A stretch of 64,000 nucleotides of DNA from a bacterium (lineage in GTDB: Bacteria > Patescibacteriota > Minisyncoccia > UBA6257 > Colwellbacteraceae), in NCBI GenBank assembly GCA_021787205.1, contig JAJYME010000004.1, forward strand, positions 39,063 through 103,062, written 5' to 3'. Positions 39,611 through 47,948 of the stretch are shown here, in pieces. The stretch's first letter is position 1. The number at the start of each line of letters is the position of its first letter. A program made the translations under genes and the position numbers. The notes below the pieces were generated by a model. It searched no databases. It worked only from the letters and a program-made list of their open reading frames with translations, and had not been told where the DNA came from.

Positions 39611-40315
39611 ATGACGATAATATCAAAAATAAGGAATGAATTGGAAGAGAGATCAAATTTGCAGACGAAGAAAAGCGCAGAGAGATTCTTCAGGGAGCCG
39701 GTAAAGATATACGGAGTGAAATCTGCCGAGGTCGGAATGATCGCGAAAAAATATTATAAGGAAATCAGGGAGCTGCCCAAAGGAGAGATATTCGCCCTGT
39801 GCGAGAAGCTCTATCAATCGGGAATGATGGAAGAATCTTTTATTGTCTCTTCGTGGACTTGGGCGATGAGCAAAAACTTCAAGCCTTCGGACTTCAAGGT
39901 TCTGGAAGGATTCGTGAAAAATCATATTTCTAATTGGGCTTCATGCGACGGCTTCTGTAACCACGCCCTCGGCGACTTCATGGTGATGTATCCAGAATAT
40001 ATCAAAAAACTTGCTGGATGGGCAGTCAGTGATAACAGGTGGGTGAGAAGAGCAGCGGCGGTGAGCCTGATTGTTCCTGCCAAGAAGGGTTTGTTCCTTA
40101 AGGAATCATTCAGCATTGCCGACATTCTTCTTGAGGACGAAGACGATATGGTTCAAAAAGGCTACGGATGGCTTTTGAAGGCGCAGACTGAAAAGCATAC
40201 GGAGGAAGTCTTTGAATATGTAATGAAGAATAAAGGAAAGATGCCTAGAACCGCTCTTAGATACGCGATTGAGAAGATGTCGCCCGAACTAAAAAAGAAA
40301 GCGATGGAAAGATAG
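39611..40315 (+). CDS. DNA alkylation repair protein (AlkD-like)
   Basis: NWASCD, WVRR, VQKGYGWLLK, RTALRYAIEK. Confidence 0.9.
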   Translation: MTIISKIRNELEERSNLQTKKSAERFFREPVKIYGVKSAEVGMIAKKYYKEIRELPKGEIFALCEKLYQSGMMEESFIVSSWTWAMSKNFKPSDFKVLEGFVKNHISNWASCDGFCNHALGDFMVMYPEYIKKLAGWAVSDNRWVRRAAAVSLIVPAKKGLFLKESFSIADILLEDEDDMVQKGYGWLLKAQTEKHTEEVFEYVMKNKGKMPRTALRYAIEKMSPELKKKAMER

Positions 40316-40368
40316 TCCAGATAGGGCAAATGCATAAAATAAACCGTTTGTGGTATAATCGGAACAAG

Positions 40369-40815
40369 ATGAACAAATTGCGAATAATCGTGACGGTAGC
40401 GCTTCTGGCAGTCGTTGCCATAAGCGGATACTTCATTCTCGCTCCCAGCAAAAACGGAGGCGCGTTTCCAACGAATCCCCAACAGCAAAACCAAATTTCA
40501 AATCCAACTCAACCTGATGTTCCCGGAGCCCAAGTCGGAACCGGAGGCGGGTTAGGTGAAAATCAGGGGAAAGTGGTCGTTCCTTCCCAGCCAATTTCTT
40601 CCGGGAATGGCGGCGCTGGCTGCAAGGTTGGGGGATGCTCGGGACAACTTTGCCTTGATGCCTCCGGAGAGGAGATAGCCTCCACTTGTGAATGGAAGGA
40701 AGAGTATTCTTGTTATAAGAAAGCGAAGTGCGAGAAGCAAACCACCGGAAAGTGCGGTTGGACAGAAACTGCGGCTTTCAAACAATGTTTAGCAGAAATT
40801 AACCCCTCTTTATAG
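40369..40815 (+). CDS. Membrane-anchored eight-cysteine-cluster domain protein
   Basis: TM, Q/P/G linker, C..GGCSGQLC...STCEW...Y.CY....C......CGW. Confidence 0.78.
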   Translation: MNKLRIIVTVALLAVVAISGYFILAPSKNGGAFPTNPQQQNQISNPTQPDVPGAQVGTGGGLGENQGKVVVPSQPISSGNGGAGCKVGGCSGQLCLDASGEEIASTCEWKEEYSCYKKAKCEKQTTGKCGWTETAAFKQCLAEINPSL

Positions 40816-40825
40816 AGGGGTTTTA

Positions 40826-40854
40826 TTGACAAAAACGGGTGATTATGATATAAT
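40826..40854 (+). promoter_or_regulatory. Consensus sigma70 promoter
   Basis: TTGACA-17 nt-TATAAT with extended TG. Confidence 0.8.
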
Positions 40855-40892
40855 CTAACCAGAAACTTAAATATGTTTGGAGGTGTATTTCT

Positions 40893-41366
40893 TTGTTCCA
40901 AAGACATGGTTTTTGGCAAAGCCGCGATGGCATAACAGGGAAGACCTTTGAAATAGAGGTGTTGGGAGTTTGTAGGAATGTCGGAGGGGAGGTTCAGTAC
41001 CTTCCTTATCACAAGGCGATGAAGGTTGCCATGAGCAACCAGCCTTGGGACGATCCGACAGACCCCGAACCTAGATTTCCAAGAGATTTGCATTTCCTGG
41101 TGTGCGAAGAATTAGGGATTGATTGCTCGGAGTTGCGCTATTACACCGCGGTCGGGACCGCATTCGACTTCTTCCATGGGATCGACGCCTTTTTTACCTA
41201 TAAAAGGGGAGATAAGGTCTACTGGGTCACTTTGGACCTGTCGCTCAGGCAGAAGTTTGAATATAAAGCTGACATCCTTGTTGGCTTTATGGAGAAGATC
41301 GACGACCTCAAGGCGTGTGCCCGGGAGATCGCGCAGGCGTTTCAGCAAAAAATCGCTACTATTTAG
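40893..41366 (+). CDS. Hypothetical protein
   Basis: GGAGGTG upstream of TTG; TAVGT.FD.FHGIDAFF and VTLDLS segments. Confidence 0.7.
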   Translation: MFQRHGFWQSRDGITGKTFEIEVLGVCRNVGGEVQYLPYHKAMKVAMSNQPWDDPTDPEPRFPRDLHFLVCEELGIDCSELRYYTAVGTAFDFFHGIDAFFTYKRGDKVYWVTLDLSLRQKFEYKADILVGFMEKIDDLKACAREIAQAFQQKIATI

Positions 41367-41383
41367 AGAAAGGGTTGATAACC

Positions 41384-41626
41384 GTGAAAATCTACCAAAT
41401 TTTTTGTGGCAGATGTAGGCATACCAGGAAGGTGACGCAAGAAGAGTTCATCGATTTGATCGGCGCCGAGGCCTGGGAAGCATTGGACGAGAGGATAAAG
41501 AAAGGAGAAGCCGAAGGAGGATTGCTGATCTTCAACGATGGATGCAAGAAGTGCAAGCCGAAGATGAGGATTGACGGCATCTTGTGCGCCTTAAAACCCC
41601 AAACACTTGTAAGCCGTGTTGTTTAA
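41384..41626 (+). CDS. Small protein with two CxxC motifs (possible zinc ribbon)
   Basis: GTG 41384; CGRC and CKKC; terminator follows. Confidence 0.55.
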   Translation: MKIYQIFCGRCRHTRKVTQEEFIDLIGAEAWEALDERIKKGEAEGGLLIFNDGCKKCKPKMRIDGILCALKPQTLVSRVV

Positions 41627-41653
41627 AAAGCAACACGGCTTTTTTCTTTCGAG

Positions 41654-41687
41654 GTATATTGCAATGCAAAGAACCTTCTGTTATCAT
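41654..41687 (+). promoter_or_regulatory. padR promoter with palindrome over the -35 (candidate autoregulatory operator)
   Basis: TTGCAA-17 nt-TATCAT; TTGCA-A-TGCAA inverted repeat. Confidence 0.5.
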
Positions 41688-41694
41688 CATGATA

Positions 41695-42030
41695 ATGGAG
41701 AAAATAAAGTTGGAGAATTCACGGGCTCAGATGAAAAAAGGAGTTCTTGATTTTGCCGTGCTTTTGGTAGTTTCTGAGGGCGCCATATACGCTCCGGACA
41801 TAATCGTCAAGCTGAAGGAGGCGGGGCTGAGAGTCGTCGAGGGGACGATTTATCCACTCTTGAACAGGCTGAAAGAGAGCGAGTTTTTAGAATATGAGTG
41901 GAAGGAATCGAAGTACGGTCCACCGAGAAAATATTACCAATTGACCAGCAGGGGGAGAGCAGCCCTTAGAGAGCTTACTGACGGATGGAACGAACTCTCG
42001 AGAACGATAAGCAATTTGTTAAAAAAATAA
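41695..42030 (+). CDS. PadR family transcriptional regulator
   Basis: KKGVL, EGTIYPLLNRL, GPPRKYYQLT..G. Confidence 0.92.
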   Translation: MEKIKLENSRAQMKKGVLDFAVLLVVSEGAIYAPDIIVKLKEAGLRVVEGTIYPLLNRLKESEFLEYEWKESKYGPPRKYYQLTSRGRAALRELTDGWNELSRTISNLLKK

Positions 42031-42031
42031 A

Positions 42032-43780
42032 ATGAAGAAAACAATCAGCATTAGCATCGCCGGAGAGGTGTTTTACATCGAGGAAGATGCATACAACAAG
42101 CTTGACGGCTATTTGGAAGCAATCAAGAAAAAATTCTCAAAGGACGGCGAAAAAGAAGTAGTTGACGACATCGAATCCGCTATCGCCGAGGGATTCATCA
42201 GGCAATCGAAAGGAAGGGAAAGATTGTTGAGCCTCGAAGACATAGAGGAGATGATTGAGACGATGGGAACGGTGGAGGATATCGTCGGAGAAGACGAAAC
42301 TTCGGCAAGGGAAGAGAACGAGGAGGAGGACAAGTGCTGTTCCGGCCGAAGGATTTACAGGGATAAGGAGAATAAGATGATTGCCGGGGTTTGTTCCGGG
42401 CTAGGATCTTATTTTGATATCGATCCGACGATTCTTAGGATTCTTTTTATTTTACTCGCATTTCTCAACGGGATCGGGATCGTAGCTTATGTCGTTCTTT
42501 GGCTCGCCATACCGGAAGCGAAGACAGCCTCGGACAGACTGATGATGAAGGGGGAGAAGGTGACTATCGAGGGAATCAGGGAAGTCGCTGAAGACAGGGT
42601 TCCGAACCGCGGAGAGACCGCTGAATCCGGAATTGGCGGAATCTTGCATAAGATAACCGAAATCTTTGCGGTAATAGCCAATGCCTTACTGAAATTGATA
42701 AAAATCTTAATAAAAGTTTTTTTTAAGGTTTTGGGTTTTGTCTTGGTTGTCGCCGGAATATTTGCCGTTTTCGGTATAATTTTCGGATTTGGTTTTGGGG
42801 CGATGGGAAGCTCAGCCCTTATTATTAAATTTTTCGCCTCATTTGGAGGACTCAAAGCCGCTTTTCTCGCAATATTGGCGTTTATCATCGCCATACTGCC
42901 GCTGCTTTTTCTAATTTTTATAGGGTCATCAATGATGGCAAGAAAGCCGATGTTCCGATTATCGGGAGTGATCACGGGACTTGTTATCTGGCTCTTGGCA
43001 ATCGGGGGATGTCTCGCTATCGTTTCCGTGAAATATGGGACGATAATCAATGAAAGGGCTAATGCGCCGATAATTTCGAAAACATACGACTTGGATAAGT
43101 TTGACTCTGTCGATATCGGTAATCTTTCAAAAGTCAGCATAGAAAAAGGCGAGACAGCTAGTGTCACCGTAAACGGAACAGATCGGGGCATAAGCCAAAT
43201 GAAAGCGGAGGTGAGAGACGGAAAGCTGACTCTGACCAGGAGCGGCAACATTAACGATGAAGAATGTCCTTTTTGCTGGTTTGTCGTTGATAACAACCGG
43301 CCGGTAGAGGTTGATATCATAGTGCCGGAATTACATTCGGTTTCTGCTGGAAACACGACCAGTGTCACGATTTTCGGTTTTGACGAAAACGATCTTCTTA
43401 TCCAGGCCGAAAACGCATCTAGGTGGGAGATTAATGATATCAATATCAAAAAACTGACGCTGACAGCTAAGGATGTTTCCTCAATCGAAGCTGTGGGATC
43501 GGGGGATGAAGTCGCGATCATCGCCAAAGACGCGTCGCGTATCAATCTGATGAGGTTTCCAGTCCATAAGGCTGACGTCTCGGCTTATAACGTCGCTTCG
43601 GTAAAGATCAATGCCGATTTAGAAGTCTCGGTCATGAAGGAGGGACCAGCCAATGTTTCTTACATAGGCAATCCAGCTATAAAAGAAATAAAGGTTAGAA
43701 GAGTTGAATCCAAAGATGGCGCAGTAGAGGGTAGCCAAGAAACAAACATAAATCCTAATAATGAAAATTCCGCCCAGTAG
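42032..43780 (+). CDS. PspC domain membrane protein with C-terminal DUF2807-like beta-helix
   Basis: RIYRD...KMIAGVCSGLG.YF.ID; several TM; repetitive beta-strand tail; coupled to padR. Confidence 0.88.
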   Translation: MKKTISISIAGEVFYIEEDAYNKLDGYLEAIKKKFSKDGEKEVVDDIESAIAEGFIRQSKGRERLLSLEDIEEMIETMGTVEDIVGEDETSAREENEEEDKCCSGRRIYRDKENKMIAGVCSGLGSYFDIDPTILRILFILLAFLNGIGIVAYVVLWLAIPEAKTASDRLMMKGEKVTIEGIREVAEDRVPNRGETAESGIGGILHKITEIFAVIANALLKLIKILIKVFFKVLGFVLVVAGIFAVFGIIFGFGFGAMGSSALIIKFFASFGGLKAAFLAILAFIIAILPLLFLIFIGSSMMARKPMFRLSGVITGLVIWLLAIGGCLAIVSVKYGTIINERANAPIISKTYDLDKFDSVDIGNLSKVSIEKGETASVTVNGTDRGISQMKAEVRDGKLTLTRSGNINDEECPFCWFVVDNNRPVEVDIIVPELHSVSAGNTTSVTIFGFDENDLLIQAENASRWEINDINIKKLTLTAKDVSSIEAVGSGDEVAIIAKDASRINLMRFPVHKADVSAYNVASVKINADLEVSVMKEGPANVSYIGNPAIKEIKVRRVESKDGAVEGSQETNINPNNENSAQ

Positions 43781-43886
43781 CGGAATTTTTTAATCAGGAG
43801 GCTTAATCGTTGTTTTTGCCATCGAGTTTTACCTGAGGAAATTTATTCACATTAACTTCGTTGGCGGATGATGGTATAATTTCCTT

Positions 43887-44432
43887 ATGATCGATTTAAA
43901 ATCCAAGAAGGCGCAGATCATAATCGGAGCGGCCGGAGCATTGATTGTGGTCTTGGCGCTCATTATCGGATTGAGCTATAAAAAATCCTCAAATAATACC
44001 GGAGATACAGCCGGGAAGAATAATGGCTTTGTTGAGACGGATACGAAAAAAATGGTGCCTAAAGGCGCTTATGTTCCAGAGGTTGACCAGCAAACCAACG
44101 ACAAAGATCTCGCGGTTCCGAAAGATGTGGTAAGCGCGGCTCCTGATGTCGATGCCAAGATGAGGCAATTTGAAGTTAGCGCCAACGGCGGTGTCTTCAC
44201 GCCATCAAAGATATCGGTGAGAAAGGGAGATACGGTAAGAATAAATATCGCTTCGATAGACAAGGACTATGATTTTGTTTTGCCTGATTTTGGAATGAAA
44301 CAAATTATAAACAAAGGAACCCAGAGGATAGTTGAATTCCAAGCGACGAACGAGGGCCAGTATGTCTATTATTGTGAAAAGTGCGGAGGAATTGATTCTA
44401 ACGCAAAAGGAACGATTACGATCGTCCCTTAA
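43887..44432 (+). CDS. Membrane-anchored cupredoxin-like protein
   Basis: FTPSKISV.KGD.V, G.Y.YYCEKC. Confidence 0.75.
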   Translation: MIDLKSKKAQIIIGAAGALIVVLALIIGLSYKKSSNNTGDTAGKNNGFVETDTKKMVPKGAYVPEVDQQTNDKDLAVPKDVVSAAPDVDAKMRQFEVSANGGVFTPSKISVRKGDTVRINIASIDKDYDFVLPDFGMKQIINKGTQRIVEFQATNEGQYVYYCEKCGGIDSNAKGTITIVP

Positions 44433-44503
44433 GAGAAAAAGAACGGGAAACCGTTCTTTTTTGTCAAATGACAAAGGTTATCAAAGATAGTAGACTTAAT
44501 GGC

Positions 44504-46075
44504 ATGGAACAGGTAAAGAACAACAAATGGAGCGTCTGTTTTGCCGGCGAGGCAGGAAAAGGGATAGACAAGACAGCGGTTCTTTTTGGCAAGATTCTAG
44601 CGTCTTATGGTTATAGCGTTTTTATCTATCGTGATTACGGATCGCTTATAAGAGGAGGCCACAACTTTAGCATAGCGACCATATCTCAGACGGATATATT
44701 GTCACATGAAGATAGTTTCGATCTGCTCTTGGCCTATGATAAGAATTCTGTCGAGATTCACAAGGATGGATTAAAGATCGGAGGACAGGTATTCGCCGCT
44801 AACGACTTCGGAATTGAGGCGATTAACCTTAATCAAGACAAGATAACCAAAGAAAGCGGGGCTTCCGGAAATTTTGGAAACAATATCGGATGCGGCGCCT
44901 TGATGAAACACTTCGGGATACCTTTTGAATTTTTTGCGGCAGCGGCCGAAAAGCAATTCGGAGACAGGGCTGATATTGTAAAAGAGCTGGGAAGAATTGG
45001 ATACGAAGAGGCGACGACGAAGTTTCAGTTGCCTCTCGGTGATGAAAAGAGAATCGTGATAGACGGATCGGAAGCGGGGGCGAAAGCAATAAGCGCCATC
45101 GGCGGCATCCCGGCTTTTTATTACCCGATGACTCCCGCAACCGGACTCTTTGAGAGGCTTCAGGAAGATTCTAAATGTGACGTCTTCCAGGTTGACGACG
45201 AGGTGGGAGCCATCAACGCGGCGGCTGGAGCGGCTTTTTCCCGAGGGATAGCTTTGACTGGAAGCTCGGGCGGAGGCATTGCCTTGATGGGGGAGGGAGT
45301 TTCTTTCATTGGCATAGCCGAATTGCCGGTAGTCATCTATTTTGCCCAGAGACAGGGGCCCTCAACCGGAGTCCCGACTTATTCCGAGCAAGCCGATCTT
45401 AAGTTTGCGCTCAATCTCGGTCCCGGGGAGTTTCCGAAGATCGTAGTTTCCGCCGGCGATGCCAAAGGAATGTACGAACTGACAGAAGAGGCGTTCTATC
45501 TAGCGCAGAAATATCGATGTCCGGTCACCATCCTTTCCGATAAGAACATAGCAGAAAATTATTTCTCAGTCAGAGAATCTGACTTGAAGTTGAGAGAAAT
45601 CGCAAAGGATTTGCAAAGAGGAGCGCTTCCCGGGCTTACGACAGTCAGGGCTTCGAGTTACGAACATAACGAGGAAGGTTTTACGATCGAGGACGCCGAA
45701 TCAGTTCAAGCGGCGAATGAAAGGAGGCTCAAGAAGATGGAGCTTATCAAGGAAGATGTCAATGATAATTTTGAAATGACGAGAACTTATGGCGAAGGAG
45801 AAAATCTGATTATTTTCACCGGTTCCGTCAAGGGAGCGATAATCGACAATCTCCCGGAAAACTATCGGGCAATGGAAATAAAGTACCTCGAACCCTTCCC
45901 AGGAGAAACGGTAGCGGCGGAAATAAAAAAGGCGAAGAGGGCAATGACGGTGGAGATGAATGCCACTGGATTGTTATCCCAAATAATAGCGGAAAAGACG
46001 GGGCTTGCTACCGAAAAACTATTGAAGTATGACGGAAGGCCGATTGTAAAGAAAGACTTAGAAAAATTAAGCTAA
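44504..46075 (+). CDS. 2-oxoacid:ferredoxin oxidoreductase, fused gamma-alpha subunit
   Basis: GEAGKGI, IRGGHN, YPMTP, QRQGPSTGVPT..EQADL; start 44504 or 44468. Confidence 0.9.
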   Translation: MEQVKNNKWSVCFAGEAGKGIDKTAVLFGKILASYGYSVFIYRDYGSLIRGGHNFSIATISQTDILSHEDSFDLLLAYDKNSVEIHKDGLKIGGQVFAANDFGIEAINLNQDKITKESGASGNFGNNIGCGALMKHFGIPFEFFAAAAEKQFGDRADIVKELGRIGYEEATTKFQLPLGDEKRIVIDGSEAGAKAISAIGGIPAFYYPMTPATGLFERLQEDSKCDVFQVDDEVGAINAAAGAAFSRGIALTGSSGGGIALMGEGVSFIGIAELPVVIYFAQRQGPSTGVPTYSEQADLKFALNLGPGEFPKIVVSAGDAKGMYELTEEAFYLAQKYRCPVTILSDKNIAENYFSVRESDLKLREIAKDLQRGALPGLTTVRASSYEHNEEGFTIEDAESVQAANERRLKKMELIKEDVNDNFEMTRTYGEGENLIIFTGSVKGAIIDNLPENYRAMEIKYLEPFPGETVAAEIKKAKRAMTVEMNATGLLSQIIAEKTGLATEKLLKYDGRPIVKKDLEKLS

Positions 46076-46776
46076 TGAATACGACAATCGATTTGAACAC
46101 AAAAGAAAAAATAACCTGGTGCCCGGGATGCTTGAATAATGTCGCCTTGATAGCCTTTAAGAAAGCAATTAAGGAATTGGGTGAGGAGGGGAAGGTAGAC
46201 CCGATGAAAATTGTCCTTGTGACTGATATCGGGTGCAATGGCAAGATTTACGATTATGTAAACCTTTCGAGCATTTACGGTCTTCACGGAAGGGTCATCC
46301 CCGCGGCTTATGGGACCAAGATCGGAAACCCCGACCTTAAAGTAATCGGTTTTGCCGGGGATGGCGGAACTTATGGCGAGGGAATGGGACATGTGGTCTC
46401 AGCTTCCAGGAAGAATTTCCCGATAACCATGTTTGTTTTGAATAACGGGGTGTTTGCCCTGACAAAGGGGCAGACCTCTCCCACGAAGAAGGATTCTGAC
46501 AATATAGCGCCTTTGGCAATTGCGAGGGCGGCCGGGGCTAAATTCTTGGCAAGGGGAACGACTTTTTTCCCGGATCAATTAACGATTCTGATGAAGGAGG
46601 CGATAATGCACGACGGTTTTTCCCTGACTGACATCGTGCAACCCTGCATTATTTTCAACAACAATTCAACCGAATTAAGAGAGAGGCTGGAGAGGGTTGA
46701 GGCGATGGGGGAAGAGCAGCTCTCAGATGAGCTGAAACAGGGGAAAATCCATACCGGGATTTATATTGAAAAGTAG
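46075..46776 (+). CDS. 2-oxoacid:ferredoxin oxidoreductase beta subunit
   Basis: WCPGC, IGC, LHGR, GDGG, LTKGQTSPT, QPC. Confidence 0.9.
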   Translation: MNTTIDLNTKEKITWCPGCLNNVALIAFKKAIKELGEEGKVDPMKIVLVTDIGCNGKIYDYVNLSSIYGLHGRVIPAAYGTKIGNPDLKVIGFAGDGGTYGEGMGHVVSASRKNFPITMFVLNNGVFALTKGQTSPTKKDSDNIAPLAIARAAGAKFLARGTTFFPDQLTILMKEAIMHDGFSLTDIVQPCIIFNNNSTELRERLERVEAMGEEQLSDELKQGKIHTGIYIEK

Positions 46777-46856
46777 TCAAAATATGTTATAATGATCGGA
46801 CAGGTCCGAAAGGGTTTGTAAAGCGCTGAAAGTGTTTTTAACATCGGAAGCGCTTT

Positions 46857-46929
46857 GGATCGCTAGCTCAACCGGCAGAGCAGGCGCCTCTTAAGCGCAA
46901 GGTTCTGGGTTCGACTCCCAGGCGATCCA
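46857..46929 (+). tRNA. tRNA-Lys(CTT)
   Basis: Acceptor GGATCGC/GCGATCC, loop CT-CTT-AA, T arm CTGGG-TTCGACT-CCCAG. Confidence 0.93.
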
Positions 46930-47008
46930 CAAATAAAATTAAGAAGCTTGATAAGGCTCGGACCAATGGTCCGGGTTTTATTTTGATAAAGGTCAAAACA
47001 AAAAAACA

Positions 47009-47206
47009 ATGGAAGAGAAAGAAGAATGCATGGCCTGCATTTGTCCCTGCCGAGAACATACCAAGCACAATCATCCTATTCACGAGGGGATGGAGCACGA
47101 AGCTTATATAAGGAGGGAGGAACACGAGGGAGTAAGTTGCAGGCATTGCGGCCATAACCATCGGGCGGATCGGAAATGCGACATTTGCGGCTGCGAGATA
47201 AAATAA
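47009..47206 (+). CDS. Cys/His-rich small protein, metallothionein-like
   Basis: 65 aa with CMACICPC, CRHCGHNH, CDICGC; terminator follows. Confidence 0.65.
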   Translation: MEEKEECMACICPCREHTKHNHPIHEGMEHEAYIRREEHEGVSCRHCGHNHRADRKCDICGCEIK

Positions 47207-47248
47207 TTTCGTAAAATAAAAATAACCCTCTTTACGAGGGTTCATTTT

Positions 47249-47836
47249 TTAGATTTCTTTGGGAAGAATATTCTCTTTTGCCCAGTCCAAGAATTGGTTC
47301 AAAGCAATGGTCCTTTCGGAATATTTGCCTTTTTGTGCTTCGGGGATGTGAATATAGGGCATCCTGGCTCCATGAGGAATGAAGAGGTGCCCAAACCCGG
47401 CGGATTTTGGGAAATCGGTGTCGGTCGGCAAATCGGATATTCGCCCTCTCACTCTTCCTTCGAATATGACCGGATTTTTGGCAGTTGCTTCATCGCAATA
47501 AGCGACAGCAACGACTGATTCGGCGTAGCGGCTTTGCCCGTTCAACATTCGTAAGACTCCGTTCATTCCGAGACGGGATTTTACGAATTTCGCAAGGGCG
47601 CCAGGATAGCCTTCACAGGCGGCGAGATAGATTCCCGCATCATCAACGAGCACCGGGCTTTTGCATTTTATATAAGCCAAAGACGCTTTGTATTTGACGA
47701 CGGTTTTGACATCCAGGAACTGGTATTCGGGGATAGAGCACTCCAGTCGTCTTAGGTCGAAATAATTTCCAAGAATCTGTTGTGCTAGAGCAAACTTGTA
47801 GTCCGATGAGGTGATCATGGTCATTACAGGTTTCAT
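47249..47836 (-). CDS. Ham1/RdgB-family non-canonical purine NTP pyrophosphatase (divergent)
   Basis: TSS..K, PEYQ, VLVDDAG, GYPG..AK, FEG.V.G.I; SER in place of SHR. Confidence 0.82.
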   Translation of the reverse strand: MKPVMTMITSSDYKFALAQQILGNYFDLRRLECSIPEYQFLDVKTVVKYKASLAYIKCKSPVLVDDAGIYLAACEGYPGALAKFVKSRLGMNGVLRMLNGQSRYAESVVAVAYCDEATAKNPVIFEGRVRGRISDLPTDTDFPKSAGFGHLFIPHGARMPYIHIPEAQKGKYSERTIALNQFLDWAKENILPKEI

Positions 47837-47948
47837 TGATAATTCCTCCTTTTAAATCTATTTTCTGGATCTGCTGCAAGAATATCACTTCGGTCTAGTT
47901 TTGTCAAGTATTTTCTCAAAAATATCCAAAAAAGCTATAATTTATCCA

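Noticed and set aside
42487-43545. Long antisense ORFs (352 aa here; also 10415-11071 and 37417-38100)
   Set aside because: Shadow frames of well-supported plus-strand genes, with no motifs or expression signals.
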